Assembly: GCA_052279835.1 (NCBI GenBank)
Contig: CP181291.1
Location: 1,344,001 to 1,408,000, forward strand
DNA length: 64,000 bases
Reading direction: 5' to 3'
From: Microcoleus sp.
GTDB lineage: Bacteria > Cyanobacteriota > Cyanobacteriia > Cyanobacteriales > Microcoleaceae
Positions 39,631 to 47,728 of this stretch are shown here, in pieces. Within the stretch, counting starts at the first letter, position 1; each line of letters starts with the position of its first letter. The notes beneath the pieces are model-generated. The model saw nothing but the letters and a program-made list of their open reading frames with translations, ran no database searches and was not told where the DNA came from. A program made the position numbers and the translations under genes.

Positions 39631-40981
39631 CAAAAAGATGTTTATAAAGCCCCGTCCTTAGAGGACGGCTTTGATTTAAGTGTAAAGATTTCTTGCAAGC
39701 CACAAGTTTATAGCCACGATTGCTGGTAAGCGTGATAAAATTATCCCATGATTGTACTAAAGTTCAAGTTAAAAAGCAAGCCACAGCAATACCGGGTCAT
39801 TGACGAAATGATTCGCACAGCTCAGTTTGTCCGAAACAAAGATCTCAGATACTGGATCGACAATCAGGGAGTTAAATTATCAGACCTGTACAAACAATGT
39901 GCCATCATGGCGAAAGAGTTTGAATGGGCGGGCAAACTTAACTCAATGGCACGTCAAGCTTCTGCTGAACGTGCCATTTTTGCTATTCAACGTTTCTTCG
40001 CTAATTGCAAAGCTAAAAAGCCAGGGAAAAAGGGATATCGGCAATTCAAAAAGCATACCCGTTCCGTAGAATACAAAACATCAGGATGGGCGCTTTCTGT
40101 TGACAAAAGATGTCTGACATTCACGGATGGTTTTGCTGCTGGGAAGTTTAAGTTAATTGGCTCTCGTGATTTGCATTTCTCGGCGCCCAACGAAATCAAG
40201 CGAGTCAGAGTAATTCATCGTGCCGACGGTTACTATGCTCAGTTCTGTATCAATGTAGAACGAACAGAGGAATTAGTTCCTACGGGTAAAGCCATTGGCA
40301 TAGATGTAGGGTTAAACCATTTCTTGACCGATAGCGATGGGGGAACAGTCCCAAATCCCCGGCATCTTCGTCAAAGTGAAAGAGCTTTAAAACGGTTGCA
40401 GAAACGAGTTTCTCGGAAAAAAAAAGGTTCTGGCAATCGCAAGAAAGCCATCAATAAGTTAGGAAGAAAACACTTGAAAGTCAGCAGGCAGCGTAAAGAC
40501 TTCGCCATCAAAACGGCGTTGTGCGTAGTGAAATAAGCGCGATTTCGTAGCCCATGAAGACCTTCAAGTAAGAAACATGGTGAAGAACCACAAGCTTGCT
40601 AAATCAATTAGCTCAGCAGCATGGTCACAGTTTGCTGTCGGGTTGCAATATTTTGGCAAAGTGTACGGTAAAACAGTGGTTGCTGTTGCCCCTCAATACA
40701 CTTCCCAAGATTGTTCAAATTGTGGGAATCGCGTTCTCAAATCCCTGTCCGTTAGAACTCATGTTTGCAGTTGCGGTGCGGTATTAGACCGCGACCACAA
40801 TGCAGCTTTGAATGTTTTGGCTAAAGGATTGAAACAGGCAGGAATTAATTTAAATACGGCGGGGCACGCCGGAATTAACGCTTGGGGACAGATCGACCTC
40901 TACTCGTTGGTGGTGACATCAACGGGCAAGTTGACTGGTTGAGCCAAGAATCCCCGCGCGTTCACGCGCCCGGAGTGTCAA
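39631..40981 (+). mobile_element. IS200/IS605-family (IS608-like ends), tnpB-only non-autonomous element
   Basis: TTAC at 39627-39630; AAAG at +16..+19 followed by a hairpin (left end); GAAT-hairpin-TCAA right end at 40948-40981; no tnpA. Confidence 0.85.
39748..40942 (+). pseudogene. tnpB: RNA-guided endonuclease TnpB, interrupted
   Basis: IGIDVG, AHEDL, TSQDCSNC..CSCG and DRDHNAA RuvC/Zn motifs; TAA at 40534-40536 plus a +1 frameshift before GAT at 40541. Confidence 0.88.
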
Positions 40982-41186
40982 AGAGTATTCTATATCAAAG
41001 CAGCAGCAGGAATATTTTAAGATGTCGCGCCTTTAAATTGTCTACTAAAATCCGGGTTAAAAAAGAATCAAATTCTCTCCCCCTCTCCCTTTTTCCCCTT
41101 TTTTCTCCCTTTTTCTCCCTCTCGCCTCCTGTACCCACACACACTTTAGATGCGTAGCAGTTGACTATTCTCGCCGGAGAATGCTT

Positions 41187-41612
41187 TTAGAGAAAGCGCT
41201 GCAATTCCTGCTGTAAATATTCGCACCATTTAGTCGCTAGAGGAATTTCTGTAAAGGGAACCTGGACAGCAGCAGCATCTTGAGTATCTTTTAACAAAAA
41301 TTCTAGGAGGATTGGACTTCCAGCACTAGGCGGATTTTCTAAATCTACCACAGAGCCGTTAACTAAAAGTTGCAGGGACTGCACATTTTTCAAGGAAAAA
41401 GTTTGCAAGTTCACAGGTCCTCTGCGAGTAGGCTTTCCCCAGGTTAAACAATCTTCTTGCTGACCGAGTACAGCATAAATATCGTACTTTGCCCGATCGA
41501 ACTTTTCGGCCCACACACGATAGGCTTCCAGTTTTTGATACTCGTTCCATCCAGCCCAAGCCAGAAAAATAAAAATTGCTAGCAGTGGCAGCCACATTAA
41601 ACCTCTTTCCAT
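41187..41612 (-). CDS. Conserved cyanobacterial hypothetical protein with N-terminal TM helix
   Basis: MERGLMWLPLL..AWAGWNEYQK, AKYDIYAVLG. Confidence 0.75.
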   Translation of the reverse strand: MERGLMWLPLLAIFIFLAWAGWNEYQKLEAYRVWAEKFDRAKYDIYAVLGQQEDCLTWGKPTRRGPVNLQTFSLKNVQSLQLLVNGSVVDLENPPSAGSPILLEFLLKDTQDAAAVQVPFTEIPLATKWCEYLQQELQRFL

Positions 41613-41617
41613 ATTAA

Positions 41618-41672
41618 TTGATTGTTGACTGTTGACTGTTGATTGTTGACTGTTGATTGTTGACTGTTGACT
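41618..41672. repeat. STRR heptamer TTGAYTG, about 8 copies
   Basis: Direct tandem repeats read from the sequence. Confidence 0.85.
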
Positions 41673-41689
41673 AACAACCTATTAAATTG

Positions 41690-41780
41690 CTATTAACCAA
41701 TAACTATTAACCAATAACTATTAACCAATAACTATTAACCAATAACTATTAACCAATAACTATTAACCAATAACTATTAA
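41690..41780. repeat. Perfect 14-mer tandem repeat CTATTAACCAATAA, 6.5 copies
   Basis: Identical units at 41690, 41704, 41718, 41732, 41746 and 41760, plus a half unit overlapping the PP2C stop codon. Confidence 0.9.
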
Positions 41781-43849
41781 GGTGACGTTCTCTGCGGGGG
41801 GGGTGGCAGTTCAGGTGAGGGTGAGGGAAGCTCCGACGGACTAGGAGATGGACTTTCCGGCGGTGGCGGAAGTTGACCCGGTACTGGTTCGGAATTTTGG
41901 AGGCTTCGCACCCACAAACCTAAACCACCGCAAACCAACACGATCGCCAACAGTCCCAGTAGCGGGAGCAAACGCTGGAATCCCGGCTGTTTTTGAGCCG
42001 GTTCCTCGGCGGGGGCAGTTTCTGGGTACAGCAACTGTTTGGAGGATTCTGAAAGTTGAGACTGAGACTGTGTTTGAGGCATCGAGAGTGATTTCTTCAA
42101 TGACACCGAACCCGACATCGGCTTTGACATGGGCAATGACACCGACGGCGACATCGGTGCTGACTCCTCAGTCGGTTGAAATAAGATCAATTTCTCCGGC
42201 GACATCCGACAGTGAGTCATCACTACAGAAGTGTTGTCATAACCGTTTTTCTCATTTCCCAGGTTAATCAGATACTCAACGGCCACCTCCAAAGACATTT
42301 CGCCCTTAAGTACCGCAGGGCCATAACTCTCCCAAGATTGCTCCACCCAGTCATTGTCGCTTAAACCGTCGGAACATAGCAGCAACAAACCTTCATCTTC
42401 CACAATAAATCGCTGAATCGTGGGTTGCAGGAAATCGCCGTCCCGCGTGCCCAAGGCTTGAGTCAGAGCTCCTGCATCACTTCGCCTTTGACTTTCCCAA
42501 TACAAACTATGTCCCAGTCGCACTTCCCTAGAAGCCACATCGTCATCCACAGTCAGCCGCTGGCAAGAATTTTCTGCGATCCAATAGGCGCGACTATCTC
42601 CCACATTCACCAAATAGAGCTCGTGGCCGTTATTCGATCGCACATCCTCCGAAACAACCTTAATTTTTTGAGGTAACTGGAGAGCCATGACCAAAGTTGT
42701 CCCCATCCGCTCCCGTAACTCCTTTCCCTGCTCGTTATTCTGAGCGGAAATCACATTATTGACAACTCTCACAATCTCTTGAAGTTGTTTTGTGACCATT
42801 GTCGGTATCATCAACTCATCTTGTTCAGCGATTTCTGCCAGGAAATTTTGAATCAAAGCTTTCAGAGACTGCACCGCTAATTGACTGGCAACTTCTCCAC
42901 CTTCGTGACCTCCAACCCCATCGCAAACTATGGTCAAATAAGGAAGCAATTTGTCACTTCCAGAAATTTTGCTAAATTTAAAATCCGCAGCATTCGGATA
43001 GCAACTATCTTCATTTTGAGAACGTTGAGGTCCGGTATCCGTCATCCCAAACACATCTAAATGTAAAGGTAATTGGGCGGCTTGTTCTAACAGTAAATCA
43101 TTGAGTTCGAGGACGATCGCCTCAAAATTCATGCTGCTGCGGCGCATAAACCGACAAATTTCTCCCAGTCTCGACTTTACCTGGGGTTGAGCCGATTCCA
43201 CCAACCCAGACCACACATCTCCCAAATCCCGCAAAGTCGGCACAAAATTGCCCTGATGCAGTTCCAGCAACCGCACCCGCCAGCCTTCCACCCGTAAATT
43301 TTCCGGTACTAGCAAACTAGAAGCCACTCCCTGTTCCGATAATGGTGTCCACAGTTGCAGCATTTGCCAAAGCCAATAAACTTGTCGCACAGCGCTAGTT
43401 TTCGACCAAGCTTCTAAGATAGAAGGATATAGGCGACCAAAAGTGGTGATGGGTACATTTTCGAGCAAGAGTACATCGAAGGTTTGGGCTGCTTCTGCCA
43501 GTTGATAAAAACCGTATACTTCAGGTATATGCAGCCTTTGGGGATATAAGTGGAGGTAAGGCATAATTGCATCCGGCAGTTCTTCTGGGACGCTAGGAAG
43601 CAAATCTGGACGGCTATCGAGCCATATTTGGGGTGCGATCGCCAAATAGCGATCGCCGATGGTTTTACCCTGCGGCACTTCCTCCACATCTGGTCCCACC
43701 GCCCACAAATGTCGATAAATTAGAGGTGTGGAGCAAGCTGCACAGTGCTGTCGCCCAAAGGTATTGCGGGGTTCGGGACAGGCAAGATTCGGGCAATAAA
43801 TGGATTCGGAGAAAGTGTTCATCATATCGGGTAGTTTGTGTAAAAACAT
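41777..43849 (-). CDS. Membrane-anchored PP2C Ser/Thr phosphatase with N-terminal Cys4 zinc ribbon
   Basis: CPNLAC...CAAC; TDTGPQRSQNED, VCDGVGG, GTT, VGDSRAY, CSDGL and GYDN motifs; C-terminal TM and Pro-rich tail; start uncertain. Confidence 0.88.
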   Translation of the reverse strand: MFLHKLPDMMNTFSESIYCPNLACPEPRNTFGRQHCAACSTPLIYRHLWAVGPDVEEVPQGKTIGDRYLAIAPQIWLDSRPDLLPSVPEELPDAIMPYLHLYPQRLHIPEVYGFYQLAEAAQTFDVLLLENVPITTFGRLYPSILEAWSKTSAVRQVYWLWQMLQLWTPLSEQGVASSLLVPENLRVEGWRVRLLELHQGNFVPTLRDLGDVWSGLVESAQPQVKSRLGEICRFMRRSSMNFEAIVLELNDLLLEQAAQLPLHLDVFGMTDTGPQRSQNEDSCYPNAADFKFSKISGSDKLLPYLTIVCDGVGGHEGGEVASQLAVQSLKALIQNFLAEIAEQDELMIPTMVTKQLQEIVRVVNNVISAQNNEQGKELRERMGTTLVMALQLPQKIKVVSEDVRSNNGHELYLVNVGDSRAYWIAENSCQRLTVDDDVASREVRLGHSLYWESQRRSDAGALTQALGTRDGDFLQPTIQRFIVEDEGLLLLCSDGLSDNDWVEQSWESYGPAVLKGEMSLEVAVEYLINLGNEKNGYDNTSVVMTHCRMSPEKLILFQPTEESAPMSPSVSLPMSKPMSGSVSLKKSLSMPQTQSQSQLSESSKQLLYPETAPAEEPAQKQPGFQRLLPLLGLLAIVLVCGGLGLWVRSLQNSEPVPGQLPPPPESPSPSPSELPSPSPELPPPPQRTSP

Positions 43850-44163
43850 TCTGAAGATATATAATTCCCTCGCCCCTATTCAATAGGGCGAGAATAAACT
43901 GATTTTAGCCCCTATCACTTTCTTAATTCCTAGAAATTGTCATTTCCACCACGGTCGATCGGCTAAAATTGTAATCTAAGTTACTAAAACTGGTATTCAG
44001 GGCGATCGAAGGCTCAGTCTGGCGATCGCCCCATCAAGTTCATCCAGCTACCTCCAAAATCTAGCAACGATTGGAAATTCGCCAACCTTTACGGAGTTAG
44101 TCTTTCGCCATTCTGTAATCCTTTAATTCATCAATCAAAAATACTATTACCCCAACTCTTGTT

Positions 44164-44595
44164 ATGCTGTGGAATCCTACGCTATTTTGGCTGATATCTG
44201 GGGCATTGCTCTGTTTAGCAGAACTATTTCTCCCCACTGCTTTTGTAGCTTTCATGATGGGACTCAGCGCCTTCGTCGTAGCTGCAATTTCTTTAGCTTT
44301 ACATTACGTTAATTTACAAATATTCCTGTGGATGCTCTTTTCGGTAGTTTTTGTGCTAACTACCAGGCGCTTGATACCAAAAGGCAAGACAAGGGCGATC
44401 CAAGATGACAAAGAAGCCAAAACTTTAACAGAAATTCCCCCCGGAGAAGCGGGCCGAGTAATTTATGAAGGCAATTCTTGGCGAGCACGCTGTGAAGATT
44501 GCGACACCGCTATTCCTCCCAACCAAAACGTAATTGTAGTCGGACGGAAAGGCACTACTCTGATAGTAGTTCCAGAAAATTTGCTGCATTCCTAA
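44164..44595 (+). CDS. NfeD family membrane protein
   Basis: N-terminal TM helices (W...LAELFLP) and C-terminal OB fold GRVIYEGNSWRA...GTTLIV. Confidence 0.88.
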   Translation: MLWNPTLFWLISGALLCLAELFLPTAFVAFMMGLSAFVVAAISLALHYVNLQIFLWMLFSVVFVLTTRRLIPKGKTRAIQDDKEAKTLTEIPPGEAGRVIYEGNSWRARCEDCDTAIPPNQNVIVVGRKGTTLIVVPENLLHS

Positions 44596-44750
44596 AAAAA
44601 TGCCAAATGGTTTATGGAGAATGGGGAATCGGGAATTGGGAATAGGGAATTGGTAGTTGGGAATGGTTGATGGGGAATGGTTCATGGTTCATGGTTCATG
44701 GGGCAACCCCCCTCTGCCCCCCCAAAGAGGAATGTGGAAGGAAAGTCAAC

Positions 44751-44855
44751 GACAGCAGTAAGGTGATGTTTATGGACCCGCGGAGCATTCCCGCTACCCT
44801 GGAAGGAATGCGATCAATTGTTGGGGAAGGTAGTAGTAATGAGGTAAAAAAATAG
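44751..44855 (+). pseudogene. 3'-terminal remnant of an SPFH/band-7 (stomatin-like) gene
   Basis: Encodes [25 protein letters not shown]..., which I recall as the C-terminus of cyanobacterial SPFH proteins; located where the NfeD partner gene is expected. Confidence 0.6.
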
Positions 44856-44886
44856 TCTGAAAATTGATAGTTTGTAGTAGGTTTAA

Positions 44887-45049
44887 CTGGTTCCCCGGCT
44901 CTGCCTGGGAACCAATGCCTAGAGGCTCTGCCTCGCTTTCCCCGGCTCTGCCTGGGAACCAATGCCTAGAGGCTCTGCCTCGCTTCTTAGCACAAAAATT
45001 GGAGGCAGAGCCTCCGGATATGCGTTACCAGGCAGAGCCTGGGAACGAG
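44887..45049. repeat. GGCAGAGCCT-type palindromic element with an internal 47-bp tandem duplication
   Basis: 44891-44937 equals 44938-44984; ends CTGGTTCCCCGGCTCTGCCTGG / CCAGGCAGAGCCTGGGAACGAG are inverted. Confidence 0.8.
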
Positions 45050-45075
45050 TAATTGCCAATTACCAATTACCAAAT

Positions 45076-45468
45076 TTAAGATTGTTGAGCGAGAGTACAT
45101 CGATCGCACAATCCGAAAAATTCCAAAGTGTGATAATAAATCTTAAAAGAATGAGATTGCTGCAATTGGCTTTCTAAGTGGTGAACCGGACATTCATCGA
45201 TCGGAATTGAGGCACCGCATTCCAGACAAGTTAAATGATGTTGATCTTGGTGGGCGGCACCGTAAAGAGACTCGCCACTAGCAAGAGTTCTGACGTGAAC
45301 GAACCCCTCTCGCTTTAAACCGTCGAGGGAGCGATAAACGGTTGCTAAGCCCATGCTTTGGTCGCTGTTACGGAGTTCTAAGTAGATATCTTGCGCTGAG
45401 AGCGATCGATTCAAGTGCTTGAGCAAGTGTAAAATACGCTCCTGACTACGGGTGCGGTTGGTTCTCAT
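45076..45468 (-). CDS. zur: Fur-family regulator, Zur/FurB type
   Basis: RTRSQERIL, SAQDIY, MGLATVYRSL, HHLTCLECG and HTLEFFGLCDRC; closely resembles cyanobacterial FurB/Zur. Confidence 0.85.
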   Translation of the reverse strand: MRTNRTRSQERILHLLKHLNRSLSAQDIYLELRNSDQSMGLATVYRSLDGLKREGFVHVRTLASGESLYGAAHQDQHHLTCLECGASIPIDECPVHHLESQLQQSHSFKIYYHTLEFFGLCDRCTLAQQS

Positions 45469-45606
45469 AATTTTTTTGTGTAATCTGCTGGAATCAAATC
45501 TATCGCTGTTTCTAGGCTAGCTTACTTGGGGGAAAGGGCGATCGAGCAACAGCCACCTAGTTGTAGGATAAAATAGCTCTAACTTTCGCATCACCTACAC
45601 ATTGCT

Positions 45607-45891
45607 GTGACTCAAAAATATTTTGCCCAAATTTATGTTACCCTCCGCCCTTCGGTTTTAGACCCCGCAGGCACGGCTGTTCAGTCTGGTTTGCAACACA
45701 TGGGATACGACAATGTTGAGCGCGTGCGAATCGGGAAATACGTTGAAGTGACTCTGACTGCTGCTGGCGAGTCGGAGGCGCGCGAACAACTCGATCGCAT
45801 TTGCGACCAACTTTTGGCCAATCCAGTGATTGAAAACTATCGGGTTGAGTTGACTGAAGTTCCTGTTGCTATGGAGACAGCGGGGGTATAA
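45607..45891 (+). CDS. purS: Phosphoribosylformylglycinamidine synthase subunit PurS
   Basis: VLDPAG, VRIGK and LLANPVIENY motifs. Confidence 0.95.
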   Translation: MTQKYFAQIYVTLRPSVLDPAGTAVQSGLQHMGYDNVERVRIGKYVEVTLTAAGESEAREQLDRICDQLLANPVIENYRVELTEVPVAMETAGV

Positions 45892-45928
45892 GTGCGATCA
45901 ATCTTTCGGGTGTGTTTTAAAACCCGGA

Positions 45929-46115
45929 GATCCCCCCTAACCCCCCTTCTTAAGGGGGGGACAAAAGTGTTCAGAGTCCTCGTTAAAAACACGAGAACTC
46001 CAAACACATCAAAGTCCCCCTTCTTAAGGGGGATTTAGGGGGATCGAGACTTCTATACAAACGAAGGTACTCTCGGTTTTCCTTCTTCCTTCTTCCTTCT
46101 TCCTTCTTCCTTCTT
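45929..46115. repeat. Inverted pair of CCCCCCTT-AAGGGGG palindromes plus CCTTCTT STRR
   Basis: 45929-45960 and 46016-46045 are inverted; about five CCTTCTT units from 46081. Confidence 0.7.
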
Positions 46116-46139
46116 GCCTCTTCCCTCGGACTTCTGCTT

Positions 46140-46841
46140 ATGAAATTTGGAGTTATTGTTTTTCCTGGTTCAAATTGCGATCGCGATGTGGCGTGGGTAA
46201 CTCAAGGGTTACTACACCAACCAACGCGGATGATTTGGCATGAAGATACCGATATTTCGGATATCGACATTATGGTAGTTCCCGGTGGTTTCAGTTACGG
46301 AGATTATTTGCGGTGCGGTGCGATCGCCCGTTTTTCTCCAGCGATGAAAGCGACTGCGGAACACGCCAACAAAGGCAAACTTGTACTGGGAATTTGCAAC
46401 GGTTTTCAGGTGCTGACTGAAGCTGGTTTGCTCCCCGGTGCTTTGGTGCGAAATGCGGGCTTGAATTTTATTTGCGATCGCACTTCGTTGAAAGTCGAAC
46501 GCAGTAATACTCCTTGGACTTCCGCTTATACCTCCGGTGAAATCATCGATTTGCCCATCGCCCACGGAGAAGGCAACTATTATGCCGATGCCAATACTTT
46601 GGCAGAACTAGAAGAACACGATCAAGTGTTGTTTCGGTACTGCACAGAAGCGGGCGAAATTAATGATGCTGGGAATCCCAACGGTTCGTTAAATAATATT
46701 GCGGGCATTTGCAATCTGGCTGGCAATGTGTTAGGAATGATGCCACATCCAGAACGGGCATCCGATCCGATGTTGGGTGAGACTGATGGGATGAAATTAT
46801 TTCAAGGGTTGCTGATGTCAACTGTGGCCGCAATTTTATAG
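46140..46841 (+). CDS. purQ: Phosphoribosylformylglycinamidine synthase subunit PurQ
   Basis: FPGSNCD, PGGFSYGDY, GICNGFQ, AHGEG and MMPHPER motifs. Confidence 0.96.
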   Translation: MKFGVIVFPGSNCDRDVAWVTQGLLHQPTRMIWHEDTDISDIDIMVVPGGFSYGDYLRCGAIARFSPAMKATAEHANKGKLVLGICNGFQVLTEAGLLPGALVRNAGLNFICDRTSLKVERSNTPWTSAYTSGEIIDLPIAHGEGNYYADANTLAELEEHDQVLFRYCTEAGEINDAGNPNGSLNNIAGICNLAGNVLGMMPHPERASDPMLGETDGMKLFQGLLMSTVAAIL

Positions 46842-46975
46842 TTGATATTGGGGATATTTGGTGTAGGGGCAAGTTCGCCGATCGAGTTTGTCACCTACAG
46901 ATAATCTCCATCCACCCGCCCCGCCCAACCGAGAATCGCGATCGACTTTTTATTCAACCAAAAATTCAATCAATT

Positions 46976-47656
46976 TCAAGTTTTTCTAGGACTTGCAAGG
47001 GCAACAGTTCCATATACCGAAATTCCTGACTGCTTCAATACTTGAATAGCCGATCGCACCGTAGTACCGCTAGTATAAATATCATCAACTAACAACACGC
47101 GATCGCCAGGAAGTCTGCGACGAAAATCCTTACCCAAAATTAAAGCATCCTTCATTTCGGCTTGCCGCTGTGCGATAGAAAGTTGAAATAGTGCCTCAGT
47201 ATACTTGATCCGTTCTAAACCATGTCGCTGTAAAGGCAAACCCGTTAACTCGCAAAAACTTTCCGCCAAAAGTTCCGCTTGATTAAATCCCCGCTGTTTC
47301 AGCTTTTCCTTATGCAGGGGAATCGGTACAACGGTTAAATTATCAATAGCTAATTCGGGAAAATTTAGCCAAGCTTCCGCCATCCAATAGCCGAGGGATT
47401 TGGCTAACTCTGGACGATCGTTATATTTCAAAGCTGCGATCGCCCGTTTCAGAGCCCCGCCGTACTCCCCCCACACAAAAACAGCCTTCTGGGAATCCCA
47501 AAATGCACCAGGATCGGCTAATCGACAGCCTTGAAGTTGCTGGCGACAGTAGGGACACAAATCTGAGGTAGCTGGTCGCTGACAAAGAGGACAGTTAGAC
47601 TTAAGAAATAAATTGAGAAAAGATTTGACGAATTTCGTCCATTTTGGATGGTTCAT
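46976..47656 (-). CDS. comF: ComF family protein (Zn finger + PRTase)
   Basis: CPLC..CPYC, RGFNQA and LLVDDIYTSGTT motifs; ATG 47656 preferred. Confidence 0.88.
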   Translation of the reverse strand: MNHPKWTKFVKSFLNLFLKSNCPLCQRPATSDLCPYCRQQLQGCRLADPGAFWDSQKAVFVWGEYGGALKRAIAALKYNDRPELAKSLGYWMAEAWLNFPELAIDNLTVVPIPLHKEKLKQRGFNQAELLAESFCELTGLPLQRHGLERIKYTEALFQLSIAQRQAEMKDALILGKDFRRRLPGDRVLLVDDIYTSGTTVRSAIQVLKQSGISVYGTVALASPRKT

Positions 47657-47728
47657 ATTAAAATTGCAATAAGTGATTAATCGGGAAAGATTAGAATTTT
47701 CAATCAATTTCCTAGAAAGGCTAACACC

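Noticed and set aside
39748..40942. TnpB as a Cas12-like CRISPR effector or a programmed-frameshift gene
   Set aside because: No array nearby, IS ends are present, and the lesion has no slippery sequence; best read as a pseudogene.
34907..40981. HEAT + MTase + pentapeptide + tnpB as one defence operon
   Set aside because: The HEAT gene is convergent with the MTase, tnpB is a separate IS, and there is no nuclease or ATPase effector. The pieces are reported separately.
41690..41780. Possible CRISPR array
   Set aside because: The 14-nt units are directly adjacent with no unique spacers, and no cas genes are present; it is a tandem repeat.
44667..45177. Several short ORFs (44696-44962, 44864-45052, 44962-45177)
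   Set aside because: They are translations of STRR and palindromic repeats; only the SPFH-like tail was kept.
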